The notes under the pieces were generated by a model. The model was not told the DNA's origin and made no database searches. It saw only the letters and a list, made by a program, of their open reading frames with translations. The position numbers were made by a program, and so were the translations under genes. A stretch of 64,000 bases of DNA from an uncultured virus (IMG/VR IMGVR_UViG_3300042468_000189) (lineage: Duplodnaviria; Heunggongvirae; Uroviricota; Caudoviricetes), in the IMG/VR virus record IMGVR_UViG_3300042468_000189; one strand, given 5' to 3'. This document shows, in pieces, positions 15,749 to 25,678 of the stretch (its first letter is position 1; each line of letters starts with the position of its first letter).

Positions 15749-17279
15749 TTCACAGCCTACACAAGATAATGCAAGTTTATCTGCATTGTTAAATAATATT
15801 TCAGGATTGTCTGAAAGTGATTTGCGTGATTTAAATCTGCGATTACAAAAACTTGAGAAATTAAAAAGTCAGGAAGTATGTAAGGAACGGTTTATTAAGT
15901 TTGTAAAACGAGTTTGGCCTACATTTGTGGATGGTAGACATCATGTGCGAATGGCTGCGGCTTTTGAAAGAGTCGCTAGGGGGGAAGTTAAACGCCTTAT
16001 TATTAATATGCCTCCTCGTCATACTAAGTCTGAATTTGCTTCTTACCTTCTACCTGCTTGGTTCTTGGGAAAGTTCCCTCATAAAAAAGTAATCCAGACC
16101 GCGCATACAGCAGAGTTATCGGTTGGGTTTGGTAGAAAGGTGCGAAACCTTGTTGATCAGGATGTTTATAAAGATATTTTCCCTGGTGTAGGACTGCAAG
16201 CTGACTCAAAAGCTGCTGGTCGATGGAATACAAACAAAGGTGGTGAATATTTTGCTATTGGCGTAGGTGGTGCGGTGACAGGTAAGGGTGCGGACCTGTT
16301 AATTATTGACGACCCACATTCGGAACAAGAGGCTGCGCTGGCAGCAGTCAACCCAGAAATCTACGATAAGGTCTATGAGTGGTACACATCAGGCCCAAGA
16401 CAGCGTCTGCAACCGGGGGGAGCTATCGTCATCGTGATGACTCGGTGGGGTTTGAGGGATTTAACGGGTCAAGTTATCAAAAATTCGCTGCAAAGAGGGG
16501 GTGATGAGTGGGAAGTGATCGAATTTCCTGCTATTTTGCCCTCTGGTAACCCACTTTGGCCTGAATTTTGGTCGTTAGATGAGCTTTCTGCACTAAAAGA
16601 GGAGCTTCCTAACTCAAAATGGCAAGCTCAGTACCAGCAACAGCCGACTTCTGAAGAAGGTGCCATCGTTAAGCGCGAATGGTGGAAGGTATGGGAAAAA
16701 GATGATCCTCCAAGATGCGATTTCATTATTCAGTCGTGGGATACGGCGTACGAAACGACTAATCGTTCGGACTTTTCTGCGTGTACAACGTGGGGTATCT
16801 GGACAACTGAGGAAGGTGAGACAAACATCATCCTCTTAGATGCCTATAAAGCACGACTTGAGTTCTATGAACTAAAGAAGAAGGTGTTAGAACTGCATAA
16901 AGAGTATGAACCTGACGCATTAATCGTGGAAAAGAAGGTATCAGGTATCTCGCTCTACCAAGAGTTGCGTCGGATGGGTGTGCCAGTGTCAGAGTTTACC
17001 CCCAGCAAGGGCAACGACAAGATAACTCGACTCAATTCGGTGTCTGACATCATTCAGTCGGGGCGTGTGTGGGTGCCAAACACTCGATGGGCAGAAGAAC
17101 TTATCGATGAGATTGCAGCTTTCCCAGCAGGCGAGCATGATGACTATGTGGATGCAACTACGCTAGCATTAGCAAGGTTTAGGAATGGCGGGTTTTTGCG
17201 CCTTCCAACAGATGAACCCGATGAGTTGCAATACTTCCGTGGGTTCCGTGGCGCTAAGCGTGGGTACTACTTAAGTTAG
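15741..17279 (+). CDS. terL: terminase large subunit
   Basis: Walker A INMPPRHTKS, Walker B LLIIDDP, coupling motif MTRW, nuclease QSWDTA and HDDYVD. Confidence 0.95.
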   Translation: MINSQPTQDNASLSALLNNISGLSESDLRDLNLRLQKLEKLKSQEVCKERFIKFVKRVWPTFVDGRHHVRMAAAFERVARGEVKRLIINMPPRHTKSEFASYLLPAWFLGKFPHKKVIQTAHTAELSVGFGRKVRNLVDQDVYKDIFPGVGLQADSKAAGRWNTNKGGEYFAIGVGGAVTGKGADLLIIDDPHSEQEAALAAVNPEIYDKVYEWYTSGPRQRLQPGGAIVIVMTRWGLRDLTGQVIKNSLQRGGDEWEVIEFPAILPSGNPLWPEFWSLDELSALKEELPNSKWQAQYQQQPTSEEGAIVKREWWKVWEKDDPPRCDFIIQSWDTAYETTNRSDFSACTTWGIWTTEEGETNIILLDAYKARLEFYELKKKVLELHKEYEPDALIVEKKVSGISLYQELRRMGVPVSEFTPSKGNDKITRLNSVSDIIQSGRVWVPNTRWAEELIDEIAAFPAGEHDDYVDATTLALARFRNGGFLRLPTDEPDELQYFRGFRGAKRGYYLS

Positions 17280-17288
17280 GAATGAATC

Positions 17289-19670
17289 ATGGCTATTGAT
17301 AAAGCACTGTATGAGATGCCCGAAGGACTTGAAGCCTTGGCGCTTGAAGAAGCACCTATTGAGATTGAGATCGAAGACCCTGAATCCGTAACGATTGGTG
17401 TAGGTGGGCTTGAGCTTGAGATTGAGCCGGGGGATGAAAACGAGGAAGAAGAGTTTGACTCTAATCTAGCCGAGTTTATGAAAGAAGGTGACTTACAGAA
17501 AGTTGCCAGCGATGTGATGGAGATGGTTGAAGCTGATATTACTTCGCGTAAAGACTGGGTTGATACTTATGTTAAGGGCTTGGATGTGCTGGGCCTTAAA
17601 TATGATGAAGTTACTGAGCCTTGGGATGGTGCCTGTGGGGTGTTCTCAACCTTGCTAACTGAAGCAGCGATTCGCTTCCAGAGCGAGTCCATCATGGAGA
17701 CATTCCCGGCAGGTGGGCCTGTAAAGACACAAATCATTGGTCAGTTTACCCCTGCTATTGAAGAAGCAGGTAAGCGGGTGAAGGCTGATATGAACTATCA
17801 GCTAACTGACAAGATGCCTGAGTATCGGTCAGAGCACGAGCGTGCGCTGTGGGGTGTGGCGCTGGCAGGTTCGTCATTTAAGAAGGTTTACTACGACCCG
17901 TCATTAGAGCGCCAAGTTTCGTTCTATGTACCTGCCGAGGATGTCATTCTTCCTTATGGTGTAACAAACATTAGACGTACAGATCGCCTTACGCACATCA
18001 TGCGTAAGACTAAGAATGACATTAAAAAATTGCAGGTAAGTGGGTTTTATCGGGATGTTGATCTTGGTGAGCCTTACGCCAGTCAGACCGATATTGAGAA
18101 AGCCAAAGCGCAGAAAGAAGGGCAAGAGCCGACTAAAGATGAGCGGTATCAGATATGCGAGGTGCATATCGAGTATGACTTGCCGGGGTATGAGGAAGAA
18201 CTGCCACTGCCCTACGTCATTACTATCGACAAAAATACCAACAAAGTCTTAGCTATACGGCGTAACTATAAAGAAGACGACCCTCAGAAACGTGCGCGTC
18301 AGCATTTTGTGCACTATATGTACATCCCTGGGTTTGGTGCTTATGGCTTTGGGTTGATTCACATTATCGGTGGTTATGCCACGGCGGGCACCATGCTGAT
18401 ACGTCAGTTGGTGGACGCAGGGTCGCTATCTAATCTTCCCGGTGGGTTAAAGGCTCGTGGACTGCGGATCAAAGGCGATGACACTCCTATCGCTCCGGGT
18501 GAATGGCGAGATGTCGATGTGCCGGGGGGTGCGATTAGAGACAACATTCTGCCACTTCCTTATAAAGAACCCAGTCAGGTTCTCCTCGCCTTACTAAACC
18601 AAATCACCGAAGAGGCGCGAAGGCTCAGTGGTATGGCTGATATGAAGATCAGCGATATGTCGAGTCAGGCTCCGGTAGGTACGACGCTGGCACTGCTTGA
18701 GCGGCAGTTAAAAACGATGGGTGCTGTGCAGGCTCGCATCCATGCGGCGATGAAAGAAGAGTTCAAGCTGCTCAAAGAAATTATCAGGGAGTACACCTCA
18801 CCTGATTACAGCTACGTGCCGCAGGATGGCACACCGCAGGTTAAGGCTGAGGACTACGACATTGTCGAAGTTATTCCCGTGTCTGATCCTAACGCCTCGA
18901 CGATGGCTCAGCGGGTTGTGCAGTATCAAGCTGCCTTGCAGTTGGCTCAGGGTGCCCCTCAACTCTACGACTTACCACGTTTGCATAGGCAGATGTTAGA
19001 TGTGCTGGGTATTCCTAACGCCGACAAACTAGTACCCCTGCCGGATGATCAGAAGCCCAAAGATCCGGTGACTGAGAACATGAACGCACTCAAGGGTGTG
19101 CCGCTAAAAGCCTTTATCTATCAGGATCATCAAGCGCATATCACAACGCATATGTCGTTTATACAAGATCCCAAGATTGCACAGATGGTTGGGCAAAGTC
19201 CTATGGGTCAGCAGATGCAAGCTGCGATGATGGCGCACGTTGCCGAACACTTAGGGTTCCAGTACCGTCAAGAGATTGAACAGCGTGTGGGTGCACCATT
19301 GCCTGGGCCGGAGCAAGATATATCTGAAGCTGAAGAATTAGCTATGGCTAAGTACGTAGCAGAAGCAGCTCAACAAGTTTTACAGATCCACCAAGCTCAA
19401 GCTGCACAACAACAGTCTCAACAGATGGCAGCAGATCCGCTGGTTCAGATGCAGCAGCAAGAGCTTCAGATCAAAGGTTTGGAGCAGCAACGTAAAGCTG
19501 CTAAGGATCAAGCTGACGTTGCGCTGGCTCAGGGCAGACTACAGAACGAGCGTGAGCGGATCGCTCTTGAGGCTCAGAAGGAAAATATCCGACTGCAAAG
19601 CCAAGATAAGCGTGAGGATAAAAAGATCCAAGCTGACATCCTTAAATCTGTGATGAAACGAGGTGGTTAA
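17289..19670 (+). CDS. portal protein (P22-like, long C-terminal coiled coil)
   Basis: 793 aa directly after terL; Q-rich coiled-coil tail. Confidence 0.85.
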   Translation: MAIDKALYEMPEGLEALALEEAPIEIEIEDPESVTIGVGGLELEIEPGDENEEEEFDSNLAEFMKEGDLQKVASDVMEMVEADITSRKDWVDTYVKGLDVLGLKYDEVTEPWDGACGVFSTLLTEAAIRFQSESIMETFPAGGPVKTQIIGQFTPAIEEAGKRVKADMNYQLTDKMPEYRSEHERALWGVALAGSSFKKVYYDPSLERQVSFYVPAEDVILPYGVTNIRRTDRLTHIMRKTKNDIKKLQVSGFYRDVDLGEPYASQTDIEKAKAQKEGQEPTKDERYQICEVHIEYDLPGYEEELPLPYVITIDKNTNKVLAIRRNYKEDDPQKRARQHFVHYMYIPGFGAYGFGLIHIIGGYATAGTMLIRQLVDAGSLSNLPGGLKARGLRIKGDDTPIAPGEWRDVDVPGGAIRDNILPLPYKEPSQVLLALLNQITEEARRLSGMADMKISDMSSQAPVGTTLALLERQLKTMGAVQARIHAAMKEEFKLLKEIIREYTSPDYSYVPQDGTPQVKAEDYDIVEVIPVSDPNASTMAQRVVQYQAALQLAQGAPQLYDLPRLHRQMLDVLGIPNADKLVPLPDDQKPKDPVTENMNALKGVPLKAFIYQDHQAHITTHMSFIQDPKIAQMVGQSPMGQQMQAAMMAHVAEHLGFQYRQEIEQRVGAPLPGPEQDISEAEELAMAKYVAEAAQQVLQIHQAQAAQQQSQQMAADPLVQMQQQELQIKGLEQQRKAAKDQADVALAQGRLQNERERIALEAQKENIRLQSQDKREDKKIQADILKSVMKRGG

Positions 19671-19873
19671 TGGCTCATGAGCGGCAAATGTTGGATCACT
19701 TATTTAACAAGCTTAGAGAACGAGAGCGGGAAGTAAGTGACGCAATGGCTGAAGGAAACTGTAAAGACTTTGCTGAATATAAGAATTTGTGCGGCGTAAT
19801 CCAAGGTCTGCGCCGTGCAAGGATGGAAGTACAAGACCTTGTGCAACGATATGAGGAATTTGAAAATGACTGA
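19670..19873 (+). CDS. hypothetical protein
   Basis: 67-aa ORF between portal and GroES. Confidence 0.7.
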   Translation: MAHERQMLDHLFNKLREREREVSDAMAEGNCKDFAEYKNLCGVIQGLRRARMEVQDLVQRYEEFEND

Positions 19874-20243
19874 TGCAGCTCAAGCTGTGATTGAAGATGT
19901 TCAGCAAAAAGCCAAGCAATTGCCGATTGTTAAGGGGTACAAGATTCTTTGCACCTTACCTAACATCGAAAATAAGTTTGATAGTGGGATTATTAAGGCA
20001 GACGCTACCGTCAAGTTTGAAGAGTTACTGAGTAACGTGCTCTTCGTTGTAGCACTTGGTGATATGGCGTATGCCGATCAGAACCGATTTCCCACGGGAC
20101 CGTGGTGTAAACCAGGGGATTTCATTATTACCCGTGCCAACACCGGCACTCGCATCAAGATTCACGACCGCGAGTTTCGGATTATTAACGATGATTCCGT
20201 TGAAGCTGTGGTGGAAGACCCCCGTGGCATTCAACGTGCGTGA
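19866..20243 (+). CDS. groES: co-chaperonin GroES/Cpn10-like protein
   Basis: 'P.VKGYKIL..SGII..VVALGD.AY..PWCKPGDF..GTRIKI...FRIINDDSV.AVV'; start ATG 19866. Confidence 0.85.
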   Translation: MTDAAQAVIEDVQQKAKQLPIVKGYKILCTLPNIENKFDSGIIKADATVKFEELLSNVLFVVALGDMAYADQNRFPTGPWCKPGDFIITRANTGTRIKIHDREFRIINDDSVEAVVEDPRGIQRA

Positions 20244-20251
20244 GGTGATAT

Positions 20252-21193
20252 ATGGCAGATTTTGAAAAGGTAGAGTATAAATTCCCAGACGAACGTGAGC
20301 CTGAGAAGAAGGCCAAAGACGACGTTGAGTTTGAGATTGAAGTAGTTGACGACACGCCCCCGCAGGATAAAGGGCGTAAACCGCTTGAAGAGCCTGTCAA
20401 TGAAGTAACTGATGACGAGCTATCTAAGTACGATGAAGGTGTTCAGAAGCGAATTAAGAAGTTGTCGCATGGATACCACGACGAACGTCGTGCTAAAGAG
20501 GCAGCTTTACGGGAACGTGAAGAGGCGTTGAAGTTTGCCCAACAGATTATTGAAGAGAATAAACGACTTCAAAAAAATCTAGGGACTAACGAAACTCTTT
20601 TGGTTGGTTCTGTTAAACAGGCTGTAGAGCTTGAATTAGATAAAGCTCGCAAGAAATATAAAGAAGCCTATGATGCTGGCGATGCAGATCAAATTGTTGC
20701 GGCTCAGGAAGAATTAACCGCAGCAAAATTAAAGCTTGACAGGGTTAGTAATTTTAAACCCACCCCTTTACAAGAACGTGAAGTTCCTGTAAATATGCAA
20801 CCACAACTCGCCCCAGCGCCTCAAGTAGATTCTAAAGCACTTGCGTGGCAACGCCAAAATCAGTGGTTTGGAACCGATGAGGAAATGACCAGCTTTGCTC
20901 TGGGGCTGCATGAGAAATTGGTCAAAAATGGCGTTGATCCGACCTCAGATGATTATTATGAACGGCTCAACGGTAGATTACGGCAGGTATTCCCCGAAAA
21001 CTTTTCTGATGGTGTAGAGAAGCAGGAGGAAAAACCGAAACGGACGAGCAGTAATGTTGTAGCCCCGGCTAGCAGAAACGTTGCACCTAAGAAAATCACG
21101 TTGACGCAAACTCAGGTTGCACTAGCTAAGAAGTTACGTATCCCTCTTGAAGCATATGCCCGAAAAGTGGCGGAAGGAATGACAAATGGCTGA
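20252..21193 (+). CDS. probable scaffolding protein
   Basis: Acidic coiled-coil protein in head module; C-terminal 'AKKLRIPLEAYA'. Confidence 0.65.
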   Translation: MADFEKVEYKFPDEREPEKKAKDDVEFEIEVVDDTPPQDKGRKPLEEPVNEVTDDELSKYDEGVQKRIKKLSHGYHDERRAKEAALREREEALKFAQQIIEENKRLQKNLGTNETLLVGSVKQAVELELDKARKKYKEAYDAGDADQIVAAQEELTAAKLKLDRVSNFKPTPLQEREVPVNMQPQLAPAPQVDSKALAWQRQNQWFGTDEEMTSFALGLHEKLVKNGVDPTSDDYYERLNGRLRQVFPENFSDGVEKQEEKPKRTSSNVVAPASRNVAPKKITLTQTQVALAKKLRIPLEAYARKVAEGMTNG

Positions 21194-21662
21194 TACTAAA
21201 ACAGTTGAAAATCGCTTAAACCGCGAATTAGGTACACGCGCTAAAGATGAGCGTCCTCGTAGCTGGGCACCGCCCACGCTGCTGCCTGACCCTACACCTG
21301 AAGCTGGGTATACCTATCGCTGGATTCGTGTCAGTACACTGGGTCAAGCCGACCCACGCAATGTGTCATCCAAAATCCGCGAAGGTTGGGAGCCTGTTCG
21401 CGCAGAAGACCATCCCGAAATCTCGATGTATCTTGATAATGACAACGCTCGTTTTAAAGATAATGTCGTGGTGGGTGGGTTGTTACTGTGCAAAACGCCA
21501 ACAGAAATGGTTGATCAACGGAATGCTTATTATCAACAGCAAGCCGAAGCTCAAATCCGATCTGTTGACAACCACTTCATGCGCGAGAATGACCCAAGGA
21601 TGCCTCTGTTTTCAGAGCGCAAAACCACGGTTTCATTCGGACGTAGTAATCAACAATCGTAG
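21186..21662 (+). CDS. conserved head-module hypothetical protein
   Basis: 158 aa, 'GYTYRWIR..REGWEPV' motif. Confidence 0.75.
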   Translation: MADTKTVENRLNRELGTRAKDERPRSWAPPTLLPDPTPEAGYTYRWIRVSTLGQADPRNVSSKIREGWEPVRAEDHPEISMYLDNDNARFKDNVVVGGLLLCKTPTEMVDQRNAYYQQQAEAQIRSVDNHFMRENDPRMPLFSERKTTVSFGRSNQQS

Positions 21663-21675
21663 GAGTTAATCCAAA

Positions 21676-22353
21676 ATGGCTTACCCGACTATCGACGCCC
21701 CCTACGGGCTAAAGCCGATCAATTTGATCGGTGGTCAGGTGTTTGCCGGGGCAACTCGCCAGCGTCGTATTGCTACTAGCTACACGACGAATATTTTTTA
21801 CGGCGACCCCGTCAAACTCGTGGCTGATGGCACTATCGAACGTGCCGACAATACATCCAGTGCTCCTAATGAGGGTTTTGCTGGGGTGTTTCTTGGTTGC
21901 CAATATGTTAGTGCAACTACTAAGCAGCCAACTTTTTCGCAGTATTGGCCCGGAGTTACTGTAGCTTCCAACTCGGTAATCCTTGCTTTTATCTGTGATG
22001 ATCCTGATCAGCTTTTCCAAGTTGTTGGTTGTTCTTCTGGAACAACGGTTGATTACACATCTTCTGCTTTCCAATACACCGCTATTGGTAGTAATGTTGC
22101 GTTGATCAACAACTACAACACGAGTTACTCCGATACTGGAGATTCTCGCCAAGCCGTAAACACTGGCTCGGAAACCACAACCAAAACTTTACCTTTGCGT
22201 ATTGTTGACGTTGTGCCCGATACAGCGTTTGTTATTAGTAGCACGACCTACTTCCCTGAAGTCATCGTTAAGTGGAATATGCCTAACGTTGATGGCGACG
22301 GAGTACCGCAAGGTGGTCATGCTTACTACAACCCGCTCGGTCACGCAGCGTAA
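21676..22353 (+). CDS. putative capsid decoration/minor head protein
   Basis: 225 aa directly upstream of MCP, strong RBS. Confidence 0.6.
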   Translation: MAYPTIDAPYGLKPINLIGGQVFAGATRQRRIATSYTTNIFYGDPVKLVADGTIERADNTSSAPNEGFAGVFLGCQYVSATTKQPTFSQYWPGVTVASNSVILAFICDDPDQLFQVVGCSSGTTVDYTSSAFQYTAIGSNVALINNYNTSYSDTGDSRQAVNTGSETTTKTLPLRIVDVVPDTAFVISSTTYFPEVIVKWNMPNVDGDGVPQGGHAYYNPLGHAA

Positions 22354-22368
22354 GGAAGGGAGTAAGAA

Positions 22369-23277
22369 ATGGCTATTTCACGCGCACAACTATTGAAAGA
22401 GCTGCTCCCTGGTCTAAACGCATTGTTTGGTCTGGAGTATGCAAAGTATGGCGAAGAGCACAAGGAAATCTACGAAACAGAGACTTCCGAGCGTTCTTTC
22501 GAGGAAGAAACCAAGCTGTCAGGATTTAGTGCAGCCCCTGTGAAGAACGAGGGTTCTGCAATAAGTTATGACAACGCGCAGGAAGCTTGGACTGCTCGCT
22601 ATACGCACGAAACCATTGCACTTGGGTTCTCGATCACTGAAGAAGCGATTGAGGATAACCTGTACGACAGCTTGTCTGCTCGTTACACCAAGGCACTTGC
22701 TCGTGCGATGTACTACACCAAAGAGGTGAAGGCAGCAGCAGTTCTGAACAACGGCTTTAGCTCGGCAGTTACCTATGGTGATGGTCAGCCTTTGTTCTCG
22801 ACTTCGCATCCGCTGGTTTCTGGTGGTGTTAACAGCAACCGCCCCGCAACTAACTCGGATCTCAACGAAACTTCGTTGGAAAATGCAGTGATTCAAATTG
22901 CTGCGTGGACTGATGAACGTGGGTTGCTGATCGCTGCAAAGCCCCGCAAGTTGGTTGTTCCTCCGAACCTCATGTTTACGGCAACTCGTTTGCTGCAAAC
23001 CGAGCTTCGTGTGGCTACGGCTGACAACGACGTTAACGCACTGAAGATGATGGGTTCTATCCCCGAAGGCTATACGGTCAACCACTATTTGACCGATACC
23101 AACGCATGGTTCCTGACTACTGATGTGCCTAACGGCCTGAAGCATTTTGTTCGCACACCGATGCAGAACTCAATGGATGGAGACTTCGACACTGGGAACG
23201 TACGGTATAAAGCCCGTGAGCGTTATAGTTTCGGTGTTTCTGATCCGCTTGGAATTTTCGGTAGCCCTGGCGCTTGA
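22369..23277 (+). CDS. major capsid protein (HK97 fold, Mu gpT-like)
   Basis: 'MAISRAQLLKELLPGLNALFGLEY', 'KLVVPP', 'YKARERYSFG.SDP.GIFGSPGA'; followed by terminator. Confidence 0.9.
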   Translation: MAISRAQLLKELLPGLNALFGLEYAKYGEEHKEIYETETSERSFEEETKLSGFSAAPVKNEGSAISYDNAQEAWTARYTHETIALGFSITEEAIEDNLYDSLSARYTKALARAMYYTKEVKAAAVLNNGFSSAVTYGDGQPLFSTSHPLVSGGVNSNRPATNSDLNETSLENAVIQIAAWTDERGLLIAAKPRKLVVPPNLMFTATRLLQTELRVATADNDVNALKMMGSIPEGYTVNHYLTDTNAWFLTTDVPNGLKHFVRTPMQNSMDGDFDTGNVRYKARERYSFGVSDPLGIFGSPGA

Positions 23278-23300
23278 TGTAAATCAAGCACTTAGCGCAG

Positions 23301-23326
23301 AAAACCCCGCTTCGGCGGGGTTTTTT
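23301..23326 (+). terminator. rho-independent terminator
   Basis: AAAACCCCGC-TTCG-GCGGGG-TTTTTT. Confidence 0.92.
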
Positions 23327-23379
23327 GTTTTTTCAAACTTTTGTGGTAGATTACCTGTTACTAAGTCACAGGAGAACAA

Positions 23380-23982
23380 ATGGATACCACAACCCTACCC
23401 AAAACTCGTAAAGAAGCCCAAGACATTGGGGCAAAGTATTACTTCACAGGAGAACCCTGCAAGCATGGGCACATAGCTCCTCGTAAAACAAAAGGTGCTT
23501 GTGTTGAGTGTCTAAAGGTTGAATGGCAACAAGCAGCAGAAAAACGCGCAGACTATTTCCGAGAGTACAACAAACGGGAGGATGTCAAAGATCGTAAGAA
23601 TGGATGGTATGAAGCTAACCGAGAGCAAGTTATTCAAGCTGCTGCTACACGCCCGTTAGAAGTTAAGCGGGTATATCAAAAGGCGTGGAAAGAACGTAAC
23701 ACGGTTTGGGTTCGTGCAGACACCAAAGCTAGAAGAAGGAAACATAGACTAGCCACTCCTAAATGGTTAACGCGCGAACAAAAGGGGCAGATTAGGGAGC
23801 TATACAAAATAGCTATAACAATGACCAAAACTACCGGAGAGCAGTATGTTGTCGATCATATCGTTCCTTTACGTTCTGAATTTGTATGTGGCTTGCACGT
23901 ACCTTGGAACCTTAGAGTTATTCCTCGTCAGGAGAATTTATTGAAGTCCAACAAGCTTATTGACACACCCCCCACAACCTGA
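23380..23982 (+). CDS. HNH endonuclease
   Basis: C-terminal VDHIVPL...GLHVPWNL...EN..KSN; N-terminal CKHGH/CVEC zinc motif. Confidence 0.9.
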   Translation: MDTTTLPKTRKEAQDIGAKYYFTGEPCKHGHIAPRKTKGACVECLKVEWQQAAEKRADYFREYNKREDVKDRKNGWYEANREQVIQAAATRPLEVKRVYQKAWKERNTVWVRADTKARRRKHRLATPKWLTREQKGQIRELYKIAITMTKTTGEQYVVDHIVPLRSEFVCGLHVPWNLRVIPRQENLLKSNKLIDTPPTT

Positions 23983-24076
23983 TACAACACTGATATTCCG
24001 GGGTTAGCCCGGTGTATTAGACAGTCCCGGCTGACAACATGCAGACTAATACACCGACATCGCATGTGAGGACAAT

Positions 24077-24616
24077 ATGGCTCGCACCACATTCCAAGGA
24101 CCGGTCCGCTCTCTTGGCGGCATCTACCAGCAAGGTCCATCTACCATCGTAGAAATTACTTCTAGTACCACGCTTACCCCCGTAGATCACGGCGGCAGGA
24201 TTATTTCTGTTGGTGGTTCTCTTGCTGCTAACGTGCAGTTAACACTGCCCACGATTAATGCTTCGGCCAACTCTTCTTCGTCTGGCCCAGGTAATGACCC
24301 TAACACGGCTAATAACGAAGGTGTGGTTTACACCATTTGGGTTCCGACTACGATTTCTACTTCTTCGTTAAAGATTGGTACGGACGGCACAGATCGGTTT
24401 GTCGGTTCAGTGTTGTCTATTGATACTGATTCTTCGGGTGCGGCTGTTGGGTTTACTGCTGGCGCAAACGACGATTTCATTAACTTTAATGGCACAACCA
24501 CAGGTGGTGTTGCAGGCACTTGGGTGCAGATTGTTGCAGTTGCCGCATTGAAGTACATGGTTACTGGAACAGTAAACGGTTCAGGTACAGTAGCTACACC
24601 GTTTGCAACGTCTTAA
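24077..24616 (+). CDS. putative virion structural protein
   Basis: 179 aa, 'MARTTFQGPVRS' start, Thr/Gly-rich. Confidence 0.7.
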   Translation: MARTTFQGPVRSLGGIYQQGPSTIVEITSSTTLTPVDHGGRIISVGGSLAANVQLTLPTINASANSSSSGPGNDPNTANNEGVVYTIWVPTTISTSSLKIGTDGTDRFVGSVLSIDTDSSGAAVGFTAGANDDFINFNGTTTGGVAGTWVQIVAVAALKYMVTGTVNGSGTVATPFATS

Positions 24617-24629
24617 TTAGAGGTGCACC

Positions 24630-25205
24630 ATGCAATATGATGTATGGTCAGTCAAGATAAAGTCGAGTGCCAACTTTTATGTGACTTCGGTTACACCGAG
24701 TGGTGCTGGTGCACTTACGCTTGCTGCTACAACGCCGGGGATTAATGGGTACGGCTACAAAGTATCCATTACCGGCACGGGTAACGAAACGGGTAAAAAC
24801 TTCACCATCACAGGCACAACCGTAGGTGGTGTGGTTGTTACTGAAGTGGTTGCTGGGCCAAACAACAATACGGTCTACAGCACTAACTACTTCGCTTCCG
24901 TTTCAAGTATCACAGTAAGTGCAGCGACCGCAGCGGCAATCACGGTTGGGTATGGTGGTGATCTAGCTTTACCGATGACTCGGATCAAAGGTTTGTATTA
25001 CTTGGCAGGTGCTTCTGCGGGTACGATTATTGTGACTCGTGCAAGTGATTCGACGTTGTTGCTTGAGATTGATACCCCAGCTTCAGCCACGCAGGTTAAT
25101 AGCTTGTATATGGCAGCAGAAGGTATCCGTACAACGTACAAAACGAATGATCTTGCAACCGTGGCGGTCACAAATGTCACTGCGGTTACATTGATATGCG
25201 GGTGA
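24630..25205 (+). CDS. putative virion structural protein
   Basis: 191 aa, Thr/Val/Gly-rich. Confidence 0.7.
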   Translation: MQYDVWSVKIKSSANFYVTSVTPSGAGALTLAATTPGINGYGYKVSITGTGNETGKNFTITGTTVGGVVVTEVVAGPNNNTVYSTNYFASVSSITVSAATAAAITVGYGGDLALPMTRIKGLYYLAGASAGTIIVTRASDSTLLLEIDTPASATQVNSLYMAAEGIRTTYKTNDLATVAVTNVTAVTLICG

Positions 25206-25209
25206 TGTC

Positions 25210-25464
25210 ATGGCAAAAACCCCAGCTTGGCAGCGCAAAGAAGGCAAAAATCCTAAAGGCGGTTTGAACGCCAAGGGTCGAGCATCATACAACGCTGCTA
25301 ATCCGGGGAAGCCCGGACTCAAAGCCCCGCAGCCAGAGGGTGGCCCTCGTAAAAAATCGTTCTGTGCCAGAATGGAAGGCATGAAAAAGAAGCTTACGAG
25401 TTCTAAAACGGCCAACGACCCAAACAGCCGTATCAACAAATCCTTAAGAGCTTGGAAGTGCTGA
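25210..25464 (+). CDS. basic hypothetical protein
   Basis: 'PAWQRKEGKNPKGGLNAKGRASY..SFCARM..SLRAWKC'. Confidence 0.75.
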   Translation: MAKTPAWQRKEGKNPKGGLNAKGRASYNAANPGKPGLKAPQPEGGPRKKSFCARMEGMKKKLTSSKTANDPNSRINKSLRAWKC

Positions 25465-25465
25465 T

Positions 25466-25678
25466 ATGACTCAGGATAAACATGAACTAGTGAAGAATGC
25501 CGCAGACATTGTGTCTGTGGTTGCCACAATCGGATCGTTTCTCCAAGTGATTACGCCTTTATTTGGTTTGATTGGTGCTGTCTGGACGCTTATGCGTATT
25601 GCCGAGATGGTTACGGGCAAACCGTTTGATCAAATTATCCGTCGCAAAAAGGACTCCGACGATGAAAAAACCGATTAA
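25466..25678 (+). CDS. small membrane protein
   Basis: Two hydrophobic segments, basic C-terminus. Confidence 0.65.
   Translation: MTQDKHELVKNAADIVSVVATIGSFLQVITPLFGLIGAVWTLMRIAEMVTGKPFDQIIRRKKDSDDEKTD

Noticed and set aside
23960..23988. TTGACA-17-TACAAC sigma70 promoter
   Set aside because: The -10 box lacks the conserved final T and the site overlaps the HNH coding end; too weak to call.
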